Assembly: GCA_965112635.1 (NCBI GenBank)
Contig: OZ218778.1
Coordinates: 1,664,001 to 1,728,000 of the forward strand
Length of the DNA: 64,000 nt
Reading direction: 5' to 3'
DNA from: an uncultured bacterium
GTDB lineage: Bacteria; Oederibacteriota; Oederibacteriia; Oederibacteriales; Oederibacteriaceae
Within the stretch, counting starts at the first letter, position 1, and each line of letters opens with the position of its first letter. A program made the translations under genes and the position numbers. Positions 21,180 to 32,328 of the stretch are shown here, piece after piece. The notes below the pieces were generated by a model, which did no database searches, was not told the DNA's origin, and saw only the letters and a program-made list of their open reading frames with translations.

Positions 21180-21818
21180 ATGGAAGCACCTTTATTATCA
21201 AAGGAAGGTCAAGAAATCTCTAAATTGACTCTTGATGAAAGTATTTTTAATGCTGAGGTTAATAGAGGTATTTTGCATCAGGTTGAGCTAGCTTATCTTG
21301 CTGGTTTAAGACGAGGTACTGCAAAGACAAAGACAAGAAGTGAAGTCAGCGGGGGCGGTAAAAAGCCTTGGAAGCAAAAAGGCACCGGGCGTGCTCGGCA
21401 GGGTAGCACCCGGGCGATCCAATGGAAAGGCGGCGGCATTGCTTTTGGTCCTCAACCTCGTTCTTTCAAGCAAAATACACCTCGTAGCATGAGAAGGTTA
21501 GCATTGAAATGTGCACTTAGTGAAAAAGCCCGTGCTCAGAAAATATTAGTTTTGGAAAGCCTGCAGATAGAGAAAGCCAAGACAAGGGAGATTGTCCAGA
21601 ATTTGAAGAAACTGCCGTTAGAGGGTAAGGTGTTGATCCTCTTATCAAAATACGAAGCTAATGTTTTCAAATCCTGCAAAAATATTGCAGGAGTGCAAGC
21701 AGAAACAGTCTCAAATATCAATGTCCATGAGCTTTTAAAATGCAATCAGATCGTATTTTTAAAAGATGCTATGGACCGTTTGATATTGTCATTGAACAAT
21801 AGTCAGGAGACTAAATGA
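21180..21818 (+). CDS. rplD: 50S ribosomal protein L4
   Basis: KPWKQKGTGRARQGS. Confidence 0.99.
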   Translation: MEAPLLSKEGQEISKLTLDESIFNAEVNRGILHQVELAYLAGLRRGTAKTKTRSEVSGGGKKPWKQKGTGRARQGSTRAIQWKGGGIAFGPQPRSFKQNTPRSMRRLALKCALSEKARAQKILVLESLQIEKAKTREIVQNLKKLPLEGKVLILLSKYEANVFKSCKNIAGVQAETVSNINVHELLKCNQIVFLKDAMDRLILSLNNSQETK

Positions 21819-22102
21819 AGGACCCTACTTTAATTATTAAATCACCTGTCATTACAGAGAAGGGAACTCGTCTTAAAGAAAAAGGACAATATGTTTTTGA
21901 GGTAGATCCCGATTCAAATAAACTGGAAATCAAAAAGGCCATCGAAACTTTGTTTAAAGTCAAGGTGATGAAAGTTAGAACCATGCACGTTTTAGGTAAA
22001 GTAAAGCGTTATCGTTTTCGTGAAGGGAAGAGGCCGAATTGGAAGAAAGCGATTGCGACTTTAAAAAGTGGCGATCATATTGAATTTTTTGAGGGAGTTT
22101 AG
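21815..22102 (+). CDS. rplW: 50S ribosomal protein L23
   Basis: [14 protein letters not shown]; gene order. Confidence 0.98.
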   Translation: MKDPTLIIKSPVITEKGTRLKEKGQYVFEVDPDSNKLEIKKAIETLFKVKVMKVRTMHVLGKVKRYRFREGKRPNWKKAIATLKSGDHIEFFEGV

Positions 22103-22104
22103 CG

Positions 22105-22926
22105 ATGCCCATGAAGGGATTTAATCCAACCTCTCCTGCAGTCAGGAGCATGACTGTCTCAACTTTTGAAGAAATTACAAAAGATGTTCCTGAGAAGTCA
22201 TTGTTGGAGAAACTGTCATATAAGGCCGGACGTAACGTCTATGGCCGTATCACTTCAAGGCACCGTGGGGGCGGTCATAAAAAGATGTATCGGACTATTG
22301 ATTTTAAAAGGGATAAACGTGATATCCCGGCCAAAGTCCTTGCCATTGAGTACGATCCTTATCGGAGTGCTAGATTGGCTTTGCTCCAATATGCAGACGG
22401 TGAGAAGCGCTACATTGTAGCTCCAGTCGGATTAAATGTTGATGACATGGTCAAGGCTGGTGAGGACGCTGATATAAAACCAGGCAATGCCTTGCCGTTA
22501 CGGAATATCCCTGATGGCATCCAGATCTATAACATTGAGTTGAAAAAAGGGAAAGGTGGCCAGTTGGTCCGGGTTGCCGGCGCTACCGCTCAGCTTATGG
22601 CCAAAGAAGGACAGTATATTCAAGTGCGGCTTCCTTCTGGAGAGGTAAGGAAAATCCACCAGGAGTGTTATGCTACAGTAGGGCAGGTCGGAAATTTAGA
22701 ACATGAGAACGTTTCCCTGGGCAAGGCCGGCCGGTCAAGATGGCTAGGCAGGCGTCCACATGTCCGAGGGGCTGCAATGAACCCCTGCGACCATCCTCAT
22801 GGCGGAGGCGAGGGTAAGGCTTCTGAAGGAAGACCTCCAGTTTCACCCTGGGGACAGCAAGCTAAAGGTTTAAAAACAAGGGCCAACTTAAGTACTGAGA
22901 GACTTATAATCAAACATAGAAAATAA
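22105..22926 (+). CDS. rplB: 50S ribosomal protein L2
   Basis: [13 protein letters not shown]. Confidence 0.99.
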   Translation: MPMKGFNPTSPAVRSMTVSTFEEITKDVPEKSLLEKLSYKAGRNVYGRITSRHRGGGHKKMYRTIDFKRDKRDIPAKVLAIEYDPYRSARLALLQYADGEKRYIVAPVGLNVDDMVKAGEDADIKPGNALPLRNIPDGIQIYNIELKKGKGGQLVRVAGATAQLMAKEGQYIQVRLPSGEVRKIHQECYATVGQVGNLEHENVSLGKAGRSRWLGRRPHVRGAAMNPCDHPHGGGEGKASEGRPPVSPWGQQAKGLKTRANLSTERLIIKHRK

Positions 22927-22938
22927 AGAGAGGGTTTT

Positions 22939-23223
22939 ATGTCAAGGTCTTTAAAAAAAGGTCCCTATATTGATCAAAAAATTCTGAAAAAAATAGCCCA
23001 GATGGAAGCATCTGGAGAGAAGAAAGTGATTAAAACTTGGGCGAGGAGTTCTACCATAACGCCTGAAATGGTGGGCTTTACCTTTGCTATCCATAATGGG
23101 AGGAAATTTTTGCCAATTTATATGACAGAAAATATGGTTGGTCATAAATTAGGTGAATTTTCACCGACAAGGTTATTTAAGGCCCATGGAGCTCATACAG
23201 ATCGTTCAACTGCGTTAACTTAG
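22939..23223 (+). CDS. rpsS: 30S ribosomal protein S19
   Basis: [16 protein letters not shown]. Confidence 0.99.
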   Translation: MSRSLKKGPYIDQKILKKIAQMEASGEKKVIKTWARSSTITPEMVGFTFAIHNGRKFLPIYMTENMVGHKLGEFSPTRLFKAHGAHTDRSTALT

Positions 23224-23244
23224 AGTTGGGGGAAAGAAGCTAAA

Positions 23245-23607
23245 ATGGAATCTAGGGCAATTGCAAGATATGTTGACATTACGCCTAGAAAAGCTGGACA
23301 GGTGGCGAAGCTTGTCCGTGGAAAGACTGTGGCCGAGGCGCTAGCGATGTTAAAGTGGGTGAACAAAGCAGGAGCGCCTATACTCAGCAAAGTCATAAAG
23401 TCGAGTTTTGCCAACTTACAAAAGGAACATGTGGGAAGCAAACCGGAAGAAACCATTGTGAGCACTTTGGCCGTTGACGGTGGACCTATATTAAAGTACG
23501 CCAAAAGATTCATTCCCAGGGCTATGGGGCGCGCCAGCAAAATACATAAAAGGACTTGCCATATTACAGCGATCGTAACTGAGCAACCTCCAAAGAAAGG
23601 GAAATAG
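23245..23607 (+). CDS. rplV: 50S ribosomal protein L22
   Basis: PRAMGRA, KRTCHIT. Confidence 0.98.
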   Translation: MESRAIARYVDITPRKAGQVAKLVRGKTVAEALAMLKWVNKAGAPILSKVIKSSFANLQKEHVGSKPEETIVSTLAVDGGPILKYAKRFIPRAMGRASKIHKRTCHITAIVTEQPPKKGK

Positions 23608-23613
23608 ACTCAT

Positions 23614-24522
23614 ATGGGCCAGAAGACACACCCGATAGGGTTCAGATTGGGAGTTATAAAGAATTGGAGCTCGCGCTGGTTCGCTAAAAAGAATTACCAG
23701 CAAATGTTGCATGAAGATCTTTATATAAGAAGGTATGTGAAAAAGAAACTATATCACGGGGGTATAGCCAGTATAGAAATTGAGAGAGCTGCCGACCAGG
23801 TCCGTATTAAAATTTCTGCAGCAAGACCTGGGATTATCATCGGTAAGAAGGGCAGTGAAGTGGATAATCTGAGAGTTTCACTGCAAGATTTAACCAAAAA
23901 GCAAGTGAACATTGACGTAGTGGAAGTCAAAGAACCAGAGCTTAACGCACAGCTGGTCGCGGAAAATATCGCTAGCCAGATTGAGAGAAGGGTCGCTTAT
24001 AGGCGGGCCATGAAAAAGAGCATCACCACTGCTCTGCATTTGGGATCGCAAGGAATCAAGGTATATTGCGGTGGGCGCCTGGGGGGAGCTGAAATTGCCA
24101 GGCACGAATGGTACCGAGAAGGCAGGTTACCGCTACATACCTTACGCGCTGATATTGATTTTGGGAAAGCAGAGGCGTTAACCACCTATGGATTGATTGG
24201 TATTAAAGTTTGGTTTTTTAATGGGGAAGTTTTGGGTCCAGAAAGACAGATCAGCGAAGCCACTAAGGCCCAGATTGAGCGGAAAGTTAAGGGCGCCCCA
24301 AAACGCCAACGCACTGTACGGGAAAGAGGTCCTGCAAAAGAGGGAGTAAGGGTTAGCGAGGTTCGGTTGGGTAATCAGCAACGCGTTCGATCGGCTTCCC
24401 CAGGACAAGCCACCCTTGCTGCTCCGACAAGTGCTCCAGAGGTGTCGCCAACACCTTCGGCACCGGTCGTGAAAATACCAGAACAGACAGGACCGGAGAG
24501 CGGATCAGGAGGACAAGCTTAA
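23614..24522 (+). CDS. rpsC: 30S ribosomal protein S3 with long C-terminal extension
   Basis: [23 protein letters not shown]. Confidence 0.99.
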   Translation: MGQKTHPIGFRLGVIKNWSSRWFAKKNYQQMLHEDLYIRRYVKKKLYHGGIASIEIERAADQVRIKISAARPGIIIGKKGSEVDNLRVSLQDLTKKQVNIDVVEVKEPELNAQLVAENIASQIERRVAYRRAMKKSITTALHLGSQGIKVYCGGRLGGAEIARHEWYREGRLPLHTLRADIDFGKAEALTTYGLIGIKVWFFNGEVLGPERQISEATKAQIERKVKGAPKRQRTVRERGPAKEGVRVSEVRLGNQQRVRSASPGQATLAAPTSAPEVSPTPSAPVVKIPEQTGPESGSGGQA

Positions 24523-24523
24523 G

Positions 24524-24940
24524 ATGTTAATGCTTCCGAAAAGGGTTAAGTTTAGAAAGTCTCAAAGAGGCCGCCGTAAAGGGCTATCCAAGGGTAGTCA
24601 TTGTGTTGATTTCGGGGAATATGGTTTAAAAGCCCTGGAGTGTGTATGGATGACTAACCGTCAGATTGAGGCCGCCCGTATTGCTATTACGCGTAATCTC
24701 CAGAAAGGCGGCAAAGTTTGGATCCGAGTGTTTCCTGATAAGCCGGTTTCCCAAAAGCCTGCTGAAACAAGAATGGGTAAGGGCAAGGGGAACCCGGAGT
24801 TCTGGGTGGCCGTGGTAAAACCCGGACGAGTGATGTTTGAGGTAGGCGGAACGAGCGAGGCCACAGCAAGGGAAGCCTTGGCTTTGGCTGCGCATAAGTT
24901 ACCCATCAAGACAAAGTTTGTATCCAGAAATATTTTTTAA
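24524..24940 (+). CDS. rplP: 50S ribosomal protein L16
   Basis: ETRMGKGKG. Confidence 0.99.
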   Translation: MLMLPKRVKFRKSQRGRRKGLSKGSHCVDFGEYGLKALECVWMTNRQIEAARIAITRNLQKGGKVWIRVFPDKPVSQKPAETRMGKGKGNPEFWVAVVKPGRVMFEVGGTSEATAREALALAAHKLPIKTKFVSRNIF

Positions 24941-24952
24941 GGAGAAGGTCGA

Positions 24953-25153
24953 ATGAAGGCTCGGGCCGTCAGAGAGTTATCTCCAGCAGAGATAACCCAA
25001 AAAATTAAAGAAGCGAACGATGCTTTATTTAAACTAAAGATACAGCACGCTGGTAAGCAATTGACAAATCCGATGAAGATCATGGCGACAAGGCGCGAGA
25101 AAGCGAGAATGATCACTATCCTTAAAGAGAAAAACGCTGTTAAGGTGAAATAG
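24953..25153 (+). CDS. rpmC: 50S ribosomal protein L29
   Basis: Size, position, LFKLK...QLTNP...RREKARMITIL. Confidence 0.95.
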   Translation: MKARAVRELSPAEITQKIKEANDALFKLKIQHAGKQLTNPMKIMATRREKARMITILKEKNAVKVK

Positions 25154-25167
25154 GGGGCAAGGTTACT

Positions 25168-25518
25168 ATGAAAACGCGTACTAAAAGGAAAGTTCGACAA
25201 GGATTAGTCACGAGTGCTTTGCATAAGACCATTTCAGTCTCTATCAAAAGGTCTATGCAGCATCCGCTTTACAAAAAGATATTTAAAATGACCAGTATTT
25301 TTAAGGCGCATGACGAAACGAGTCAATGCCATGTGGGGGACCTTGTAGAAATTATGGAAACTAGACCCATTAGTAAAACCAAGCATTGGCGAGTTGTAGC
25401 GATCAAAGAAAAAGCCAAGGAAAAGGTTGCTTCCATTGCTGATATTGAGGGGTTGCCGGATGCCGGACAGGAAAAACCAGAGAAAGTTTCAAATTCCGAA
25501 AAGGAGAAGTCGGAATGA
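25168..25518 (+). CDS. rpsQ: 30S ribosomal protein S17
   Basis: [17 protein letters not shown]. Confidence 0.98.
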   Translation: MKTRTKRKVRQGLVTSALHKTISVSIKRSMQHPLYKKIFKMTSIFKAHDETSQCHVGDLVEIMETRPISKTKHWRVVAIKEKAKEKVASIADIEGLPDAGQEKPEKVSNSEKEKSE

Positions 25519-25883
25519 TTCAGGTTCAAACGATGCTAAATGTAGCTGATAATTCCGGCGCTAAGAAAATACAGTGTATTAAGATTTTGGGCGGCACACG
25601 GCGCCGTTATGCCTGGATTGGTGATGTCATTGTCGGGGCTGTTAAGGAAGCAGTTCCCGGTGCTCCAGTCAAAAAGAGCGATGTCGTCAAAGCTGTTATT
25701 GTTAGGACTCGCAAGGAGTTTAAGAGGCACGACGGATCTACCATTAAATTTGATGATAACGCGGCAGTCATTTTGAGTGATCAGGTAAACCCCAAGGGAA
25801 CCAGAATCTTTGGGCCGGTCACTCGCGAGCTTAGGGATAGGAATTTTATGAAGATAATTTCTTTAGCACCTGAAGTCATTTAG
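25515..25883 (+). CDS. rplN: 50S ribosomal protein L14
   Basis: [22 protein letters not shown]. Confidence 0.99.
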   Translation: MIQVQTMLNVADNSGAKKIQCIKILGGTRRRYAWIGDVIVGAVKEAVPGAPVKKSDVVKAVIVRTRKEFKRHDGSTIKFDDNAAVILSDQVNPKGTRIFGPVTRELRDRNFMKIISLAPEVI

Positions 25884-25892
25884 GAGGAGAAG

Positions 25893-26207
25893 ATGTTGTT
25901 CGTAAGGAAAGGCGATCTGGTTGTCGTCCTTGCCGGGAAAGATAAAGGTAAGCAGGGGAGAGTATTGAAAGTATTCCCGGAACCACAGAAGATTATTGTG
26001 GAAAAAATTAATTTTGGGAAGCGGCATACAAAGCCGAATCGAGAACAACAACAAGGTGGTATCGTTGAGAAAGAGATTCCTATTCCCGTTTCCAAGGTTC
26101 AAATCATTTGTGGCAAGTGCCGCAAAAACACAAGGGTAGCCTATAAGATTTTAGGTGATAAAAAAACCAGGGTTTGTAAAAATTGCGGGGAGATATTAGG
26201 CAAATGA
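25893..26207 (+). CDS. rplX: 50S ribosomal protein L24
   Basis: KOW motif [16 protein letters not shown]; two CxxC pairs. Confidence 0.98.
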   Translation: MLFVRKGDLVVVLAGKDKGKQGRVLKVFPEPQKIIVEKINFGKRHTKPNREQQQGGIVEKEIPIPVSKVQIICGKCRKNTRVAYKILGDKKTRVCKNCGEILGK

Positions 26208-26755
26208 AATCCAGACTTAGGGAAAGATATGATAAAGAGTTTGTTCCGGTGTTAATGAGCAAGTTTTCTTTAATCAACAAGTTGCAAGCTCCTAAACTTG
26301 AAAAGATTGTGATCAATTCCGGGGTCAAAGAGGCTACCGTGAATATAAAGGAGCTGGACGCCGTGGTCAATGACATCGCTTCGTTCACTGGGCAAAAGCC
26401 GCTTGTGACAAGGGCCAAGAAATCCATTTCCGCTTTTAAGATCCGGGAAGGGATGCCTATCGGTTGTAAGGTCACCCTGCGGGGCGATAAGATGTATGAG
26501 TTTTTTGATCGATTTGTCAATGCCGCGCTCCCCAGGACAAGGGATTTTAAGGGCATTGAAACAACCTCATTCGATTCCAGAGGCAATTTTTCACTGGGTT
26601 TGAAGGATTATTCGATATTTCCCGAGATCATTTTGGAGAAGGTTGAAAAGCTCCGCGGCTGCGATATAACTTTTGTGACCACCGCAAAAAATGACGAACA
26701 AGCAAGGGAACTTTTATGTTTGTTGGGTATGCCTTTTAAAAAGGAAGAAAAATAA
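26204..26755 (+). CDS. rplE: 50S ribosomal protein L5
   Basis: [17 protein letters not shown]; ATG overlaps the rplX stop (ATGA). Confidence 0.98.
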   Translation: MKSRLRERYDKEFVPVLMSKFSLINKLQAPKLEKIVINSGVKEATVNIKELDAVVNDIASFTGQKPLVTRAKKSISAFKIREGMPIGCKVTLRGDKMYEFFDRFVNAALPRTRDFKGIETTSFDSRGNFSLGLKDYSIFPEIILEKVEKLRGCDITFVTTAKNDEQARELLCLLGMPFKKEEK

Positions 26756-26791
26756 ACTCTAAGTTGCATATGGTTTTATGAAGGAGTAGAA

Positions 26792-26977
26792 GTGGCAAAA
26801 AAATCATTGGTATTAAAAGCAAAAAGGACCCCTAAATATAAGGTAAGACAATATAACCGTTGCCCCTTATGTGGAAGGCCCAGGGCTTTTTTACGTAAAT
26901 TTGGAATGTGTCGTATATGTTTTAGGAACCTAGCGCTTAATGGAGAGATCCCAGGAGTCGTAAAAGCGAGCTGGTAG
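26792..26977 (+). CDS. rpsZ: 30S ribosomal protein S14 (zinc-binding type Z)
   Basis: RCPLCGR...MCRICFR, 61 aa. Confidence 0.97.
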   Translation: MAKKSLVLKAKRTPKYKVRQYNRCPLCGRPRAFLRKFGMCRICFRNLALNGEIPGVVKASW

Positions 26978-26992
26978 TTAAAGGAGAGAGCA

Positions 26993-27388
26993 ATGACCGA
27001 CCCAATTGCAGATGCATTAACAAGGATTCGTAACGCGAACCAAAGCGCGAGCGAGGAAGTTGATATTCCCTTTTCAAATCTTAAACAGGAAGTGATGAGG
27101 ATTTTGAAGGAAGAGGGTTTCATTAAAGGTTATAAATTCATTGCAGGTGACAATAAGCAAGGAGTGCTGAGAGTGTTTTTAAAGTATGGACCGAATAAAG
27201 AAAAGATCATCAATGAAATTACGAGGGTCAGCAAAAGCGGTCTCAGGGTTTATGTGCCTAGGGAAAAGGTTCCCAAGGTTTATGGAGGATTAGGGTTAGC
27301 GATTATTTCAACTTCTAAAGGGATGCTCACGGACAAGCAGTGTAGAGCTCAAAAGGTCGGCGGCGAGGTCATTTGCACCATTTGGTAA
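26993..27388 (+). CDS. rpsH: 30S ribosomal protein S8
   Basis: [15 protein letters not shown]. Confidence 0.99.
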   Translation: MTDPIADALTRIRNANQSASEEVDIPFSNLKQEVMRILKEEGFIKGYKFIAGDNKQGVLRVFLKYGPNKEKIINEITRVSKSGLRVYVPREKVPKVYGGLGLAIISTSKGMLTDKQCRAQKVGGEVICTIW

Positions 27389-27401
27389 TAAGGGAGAAAA
27401 A

Positions 27402-27950
27402 ATGTCTCATGTAGGGAAAAAGCCAGTGGTCCTACCAGCAGGGGTGAAAGTGTCCTTGCAGGGGGATAAACTGTTGGTTGAGGGCCCTAAGGGGAAACTG
27501 GTTGAAAAGATCCCCGAGGTTATCAGAGCTGAGATCAAAGATAATCAGATCTTTCTTGTTGTGGGTTCGAAGGAAAAATATGCGAAAGCTTTGCATGGCT
27601 TAGTCAGGAGCAATATTGCCAACAAGGTTTTGGGGGCATCGCAGGGATTCACGAAGATCCTGTTGATTGAGGGCACGGGTTATCGAGCCAGTATTGAAAA
27701 TAGAAAATTGAACCTCCAGCTGGGATTCAGTCACCCTATAGCATTGGACGCCCCACAGGGTATTGATGTGGAAATTGAAAAGCAAACGAAGATCACAATC
27801 AAAGGGGCTGATAAACAATTGGTCGGAGGGTGGGCCGCCACCATCAGAGCTCTTAAACCTCCGGAACCTTACAAAGGCAAAGGAATCCGTTATAGTGATG
27901 AAGTTATTAGAAAGAAAGCCGGTAAGGCAGCTGTCAAGCAGACGACTTAA
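27402..27950 (+). CDS. rplF: 50S ribosomal protein L6
   Basis: PEPYKGKGIRY. Confidence 0.99.
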   Translation: MSHVGKKPVVLPAGVKVSLQGDKLLVEGPKGKLVEKIPEVIRAEIKDNQIFLVVGSKEKYAKALHGLVRSNIANKVLGASQGFTKILLIEGTGYRASIENRKLNLQLGFSHPIALDAPQGIDVEIEKQTKITIKGADKQLVGGWAATIRALKPPEPYKGKGIRYSDEVIRKKAGKAAVKQTT

Positions 27951-27968
27951 GGAAAAGAGGAGATTGAT

Positions 27969-28337
27969 TTGATCCAGAAAGGGTCCAAGAAAATAGGGCG
28001 TGATAAAAGGCACAGGCGTATCAGGCGCAAAGTAAGTGGTACTGCCAGCAGGCCACGATTGAGTGTGTCAAAAAGCCTAAAGCATATATGTGCGCAGCTC
28101 ATTAATGATGATAATGGGCAGAGTTTGCTTTTGGTTTCCTCTTTATCGCCAGAATGCAGGGAAAAGTTAAAGAATGGTGGAAATGTCCAGGCGGCCAAAG
28201 CAGTAGGGGAACAGGTTGCCATCAAAGCCAAGAAGCTAGGTATCGAAAAAGTAGTTTTTGATAGAGGCGGTAATCTCTATCATGGCCGCATCCAGGCTCT
28301 AGCCGAGGCGGCTAGAGGCGCGGGTTTAAGTTTCTAA
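27969..28337 (+). CDS. rplR: 50S ribosomal protein L18
   Basis: VFDRGGNLYHGRI. Confidence 0.99.
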   Translation: MIQKGSKKIGRDKRHRRIRRKVSGTASRPRLSVSKSLKHICAQLINDDNGQSLLLVSSLSPECREKLKNGGNVQAAKAVGEQVAIKAKKLGIEKVVFDRGGNLYHGRIQALAEAARGAGLSF

Positions 28338-28361
28338 AACTATCAAAAGAGAGGTTGAGGA

Positions 28362-28880
28362 TTGGTTAAACAAATAGACCCTGAACAGTTAGACCTTAAA
28401 GAAAAGGTCATCCATGTGAGCCGCGTTGCCAAGGTCGTCAAGGGTGGTAAGCGGTTCAGTTTTAGCGCCCTTGTTGTAGTTGGTGACGGGCATGGATATG
28501 TTGGAGTCGGCTTAGGAAAAGACAATGAAGTACCTGAGGCTATCAAAAAAGGTGTAGAAGACGGCAAGAAAAACTTGTTATGTGTTCCTATGCGAGGTAG
28601 TTCAATCCCCCAACAGATCGAAGGCCATTTCGGTGCCTCCAAAGTCTTTTTAAAGCCAGCCACAGAGGGCACAGGAGTCATTGCAGGAGGGTCTGTGCGT
28701 GCCATCATGGAAGCTGCTGGAGTCCATGATATTTTGACCAAATCCTATGGCACTAGCAATCCTCACAACGTGGTAAGGGCCACTCTGGCTGCTTTGAGAA
28801 AGCTAATTTCGGCCGAAGAAGTGTCTAAATTGAGAGGCAAGGCCGTTGAGGAAATGAACGTGGCAGGGGAAAAAGCATGA
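28362..28880 (+). CDS. rpsE: 30S ribosomal protein S5
   Basis: [14 protein letters not shown]. Confidence 0.99.
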   Translation: MVKQIDPEQLDLKEKVIHVSRVAKVVKGGKRFSFSALVVVGDGHGYVGVGLGKDNEVPEAIKKGVEDGKKNLLCVPMRGSSIPQQIEGHFGASKVFLKPATEGTGVIAGGSVRAIMEAAGVHDILTKSYGTSNPHNVVRATLAALRKLISAEEVSKLRGKAVEEMNVAGEKA

Positions 28881-29326
28881 AATTATCCGAATTAAAACCC
28901 ATAGAGGGTAGCCACAAAAAGTTTAAAAGAGTCGGGAGAGGAAGGGGCTCGGGACGAGGAAAGACTTCGAGCCGGGGACAGAAAGGCCAAAATGCCCGGA
29001 CCGGTGGAGGTGTAGGCAATAGTTTTGAGGGTGGCCAGATGCCCCTGATTCGGCGAATCCCTAAGAGGGGTTTTAAGCCGATCCGAAAAGTAGAATGGGA
29101 GATCCTTTCTGTTGAGCAACTCGGTATTTTACCTGCACAAGCCGAAATCACACCTCAAAAACTTCTAGAAGCTGGTTTGATCAGGAACCTTAATCGACCT
29201 GTCAAGCTATTGGGTGATGGGAAGGTTGATAAAAGATTTTCTGTCAAGATACACGGAATCACTAAGAGCGCCAAGGAGAAGATCGAAAAAGCCGGGGGAA
29301 GTGTCGAGGTTTTAAAGCATGATTGA
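28877..29326 (+). CDS. rplO: 50S ribosomal protein L15
   Basis: [17 protein letters not shown]. Confidence 0.99.
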   Translation: MKLSELKPIEGSHKKFKRVGRGRGSGRGKTSSRGQKGQNARTGGGVGNSFEGGQMPLIRRIPKRGFKPIRKVEWEILSVEQLGILPAQAEITPQKLLEAGLIRNLNRPVKLLGDGKVDKRFSVKIHGITKSAKEKIEKAGGSVEVLKHD

Positions 29327-30659
29327 AGCTTTTATAAATACCTTCAGGATCCCAGAATTAAGGAAAAAAATACTTTTTACCCTAGTGATGATCGGTATAT
29401 ACCGTTTGGGCTCACATATACCTGTGCCAGGTATCAATGGTGGGGCTCTGAGAAGGTTTTTTGAGACCCAGAACGGCGGTGTCCTAGGATTCCTCGATCT
29501 TTTTTCGGGCGGCGCTTTAAACCGTTATTCCATATTTGCTTTGGGCATTATGCCATACATCAGCACTTCCATTATTATGCAATTATTGACGACAGTTATC
29601 CCTTCCCTGGAGAAATTGGCCAAGGAAGGCGGGGAGATGGGACGTAAAAAGATCACTCAATACACCAGATATGGAACGGTTCTTTTGAGTGCTATCCAGG
29701 CGTTTGGCTCAACCTATATGCTCAAGAATCTACCTTCTTTCGAGGGTCAGAGCATCATCATTCAATGGGGCATTGGGTTCCAATTGATGACCGTATTAAC
29801 CCTGACCGCGGGTACCATTTTTGTTATGTGGATGGGTGAGCAGATCACAGAGCGGGGTATAGGAAATGGCATGTCCCTGCTTATCTTCGGTGGAATCGTT
29901 TCAAGGCTTCCTACCGAATTTTGGAGCATGAAAACTCTCTTAGATGCTGGAACTGTTAGTTTATTCGGATTGCTATTTTTTGTCGCTGTGATGGTATTGT
30001 TGACAGCCTTTACGACCGTGATCCAGCAGGCCCATCGCAAAATCCCTGTTCAATACGCCCAAAGGATTATTGGCCGCAAAGTATATGGGGGGCAAAGCAC
30101 GCATCTCCCATTAAAAGTTGATCATTCAGGGGTAGTTGCAGTTATTTTTGCTTCGTCGGTTCTCATCATCCCATCTATGGTCGCCCAATACGTCCAGAAC
30201 ATAAAATCGACCACCCTTTTACAATCGTTTTTACGATTTATTATTGCTTGGTTTTCACCGGGAGCCCTTTTTTACAATATCTGCTATGCCACACTCATAA
30301 TTTTCTTTTGCTATTTTTATACAGCTATTATCTTTAACCCGGCAGACGTGGCTGAAAATATAAAAAAGTACGGAGGCTTTATTCCAGGGATAAGACCGGG
30401 GCAGCCCACAGCCCAGTATATTGACCATGCCTTAGTCAGGATTACTTTAGGTGGTTCTTTGGCTGTAGCCCTGATCGCGATTTTGCCTGATTACCTGGCC
30501 AAACACATGAGTTTAAGTTGGTATTTTGGCGGAACGACCCTTCTAATTGTGGTGGGTGTCGCTCTGGATACCATGAAACAAATTGAATCCCATCTTCTGA
30601 TGCGCCACTATGAGGGATTCATGAAGAGCGGGAAATTAAAATCACGGACAACTTTTTGA
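29319..30659 (+). CDS. secY: Preprotein translocase SecY
   Basis: SIFALGIMPYI, GIGNGMSL, FIPGIRPG. Confidence 0.99.
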   Translation: MIEAFINTFRIPELRKKILFTLVMIGIYRLGSHIPVPGINGGALRRFFETQNGGVLGFLDLFSGGALNRYSIFALGIMPYISTSIIMQLLTTVIPSLEKLAKEGGEMGRKKITQYTRYGTVLLSAIQAFGSTYMLKNLPSFEGQSIIIQWGIGFQLMTVLTLTAGTIFVMWMGEQITERGIGNGMSLLIFGGIVSRLPTEFWSMKTLLDAGTVSLFGLLFFVAVMVLLTAFTTVIQQAHRKIPVQYAQRIIGRKVYGGQSTHLPLKVDHSGVVAVIFASSVLIIPSMVAQYVQNIKSTTLLQSFLRFIIAWFSPGALFYNICYATLIIFFCYFYTAIIFNPADVAENIKKYGGFIPGIRPGQPTAQYIDHALVRITLGGSLAVALIAILPDYLAKHMSLSWYFGGTTLLIVVGVALDTMKQIESHLLMRHYEGFMKSGKLKSRTTF

Positions 30660-30671
30660 GATAGGAGAAAC

Positions 30672-31310
30672 ATGCAGCTGATTTTCTTGGGACCTCCTGG
30701 GGCGGGCAAAGGGACTTACGCCAAAGAATTGATAGATCGTTACGGGATTCCGCAGATCTCGACTGGAGACCTGCTGCGCCAAGCTGTCAAAGACGGGACA
30801 CCTTTGGGTAAAAAAGCCAAAGATTATATGGATAAAGGGGCGCTTGTTCCCGATGAATTAATCGTCGATCTCATCAAGGAGAGGCTAGGTCAACCGGATT
30901 GCGAGAAAGGGTTTTTATTGGATGGATTCCCTAGGACGGAAAAACAAGCCGAGGCTTTGGAACGTCTTCTAGAAGCCCAGAAAATAAAGTTAAATGCGGT
31001 TATCAATCTTGAAGTAGCCCACGATATTTTGATGCAGCGTCTGACTGGTCGGCGTCTTTGCAAGAAGTGTGGTGAAAATTTTAATATCTACACCAAAAAA
31101 CCGTTGAAAGAAAATGTTTGTGATAAGTGCCAGGGAGAACTTTACCAGCGTAACGACGACAAGGTTGAAACTATAGAGAACAGGCTGGTTGTTTATTCCA
31201 AACAAACCCAGCCGTTGATCGCTTATTATCAGAAAAGGTCTATTTTAAAGACGGTTGTGGCTGAAGGACCTATTGTGGAAGTTGTCAAAAAAATATATTT
31301 GGTTATTTGA
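30672..31310 (+). CDS. adk: Adenylate kinase (Zn-lid type)
   Basis: GPPGAGKGT, LDGFPR, CKKC/CDKC lid. Confidence 0.98.
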   Translation: MQLIFLGPPGAGKGTYAKELIDRYGIPQISTGDLLRQAVKDGTPLGKKAKDYMDKGALVPDELIVDLIKERLGQPDCEKGFLLDGFPRTEKQAEALERLLEAQKIKLNAVINLEVAHDILMQRLTGRRLCKKCGENFNIYTKKPLKENVCDKCQGELYQRNDDKVETIENRLVVYSKQTQPLIAYYQKRSILKTVVAEGPIVEVVKKIYLVI

Positions 31311-31322
31311 AATCAAAATTTA

Positions 31323-32072
31323 ATGGTTACTTTAAAAACACCGCAGCAGATACACCTTTTAAGGCAGAGCGGGAGTGTTGTTGCGGAGCTTCTTGTTCTT
31401 TTAAAAAACACGGCCAAAGCGGGGATGACCACGCAGGAGCTGGACAGGATGGCCGAGGCGTTTGTAGTCGAATGCGGGGCTTTCCCAGCGTTTAAAGGAT
31501 ATCAGGATTACCCTTGTAGCCTGTGTACCTCGGTAAACGAAGAGGTCATTCACGGGATTCCTTCTGGGCGTAGGTTAAAAGAAGGGGATGTTTTGAGCAT
31601 CGACGCGGGGGTCGTTAAAGACGGTTTTTTCAGCGATGCGGCCATTACGGTTCCTATCGGAAGCATAGATAGCGATAAGCAAAAGCTTTTAAAGGTCACG
31701 GAAGAATCTCTGTACAAGGGGATAGAACAGGCTAGGGCAGGGAATCATGTTTCTGATATTTCCCATGCCATCCAGGTTCATGTGGAAGCGAATGGTTTTT
31801 CAGTTGTTAGGGATTTTGTGGGGCATGGCATAGGTCAACGGCTCCATGAGGAACCGCAGGTTCCCAACTTTGGCCCACCGGGTCAGGGGCTGCTTTTGAA
31901 AGTCGGAATGGTTTTGGCCATTGAGCCCATGGTCAATCAGGGAAGTTGGGAGATCTTTATACGCGAAAATAAATGGACCGCAGTAACCAAAGATAGCAAG
32001 TTGTCTGCCCATTTTGAGCATAGTATCGTTATTTTAGAGGATCAAGCAGAGGTTTTGACTGTGGTTCAGTAA
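31323..32072 (+). CDS. map: Methionine aminopeptidase type I
   Basis: HGIP, GHGIG, AIEPM, SAHFEH. Confidence 0.98.
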   Translation: MVTLKTPQQIHLLRQSGSVVAELLVLLKNTAKAGMTTQELDRMAEAFVVECGAFPAFKGYQDYPCSLCTSVNEEVIHGIPSGRRLKEGDVLSIDAGVVKDGFFSDAAITVPIGSIDSDKQKLLKVTEESLYKGIEQARAGNHVSDISHAIQVHVEANGFSVVRDFVGHGIGQRLHEEPQVPNFGPPGQGLLLKVGMVLAIEPMVNQGSWEIFIRENKWTAVTKDSKLSAHFEHSIVILEDQAEVLTVVQ

Positions 32073-32091
32073 AAAACGGAGGAATTAGCCT

Positions 32092-32316
32092 ATACCTGAA
32101 TCTAAAGAAGAAACAATAGAGGTCAACGGAACAATTTTGGAGACGTTGCCCAACGCCATGTTCAAGGTTGAGTTGGAGAATAACCATGTGGTGTTAGCGC
32201 ATATTTCAGGGAAGATGAGGATGAATTTTATCAAGATTCTGCCAGGAGACAAAGTGACTTTACAGCTGTCTCCCTATGACCTGAACCGGGGCAGGATCAT
32301 TTATCGGTTCAAATGA
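32092..32316 (+). CDS. infA: Translation initiation factor IF-1 (non-canonical ATA start)
   Basis: Manual translation: [74 protein letters not shown]; GGAGG SD at 32078-32082. Confidence 0.97.
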   Translation: MPESKEETIEVNGTILETLPNAMFKVELENNHVVLAHISGKMRMNFIKILPGDKVTLQLSPYDLNRGRIIYRFK

Positions 32317-32328
32317 ACGGAGGTCTTA

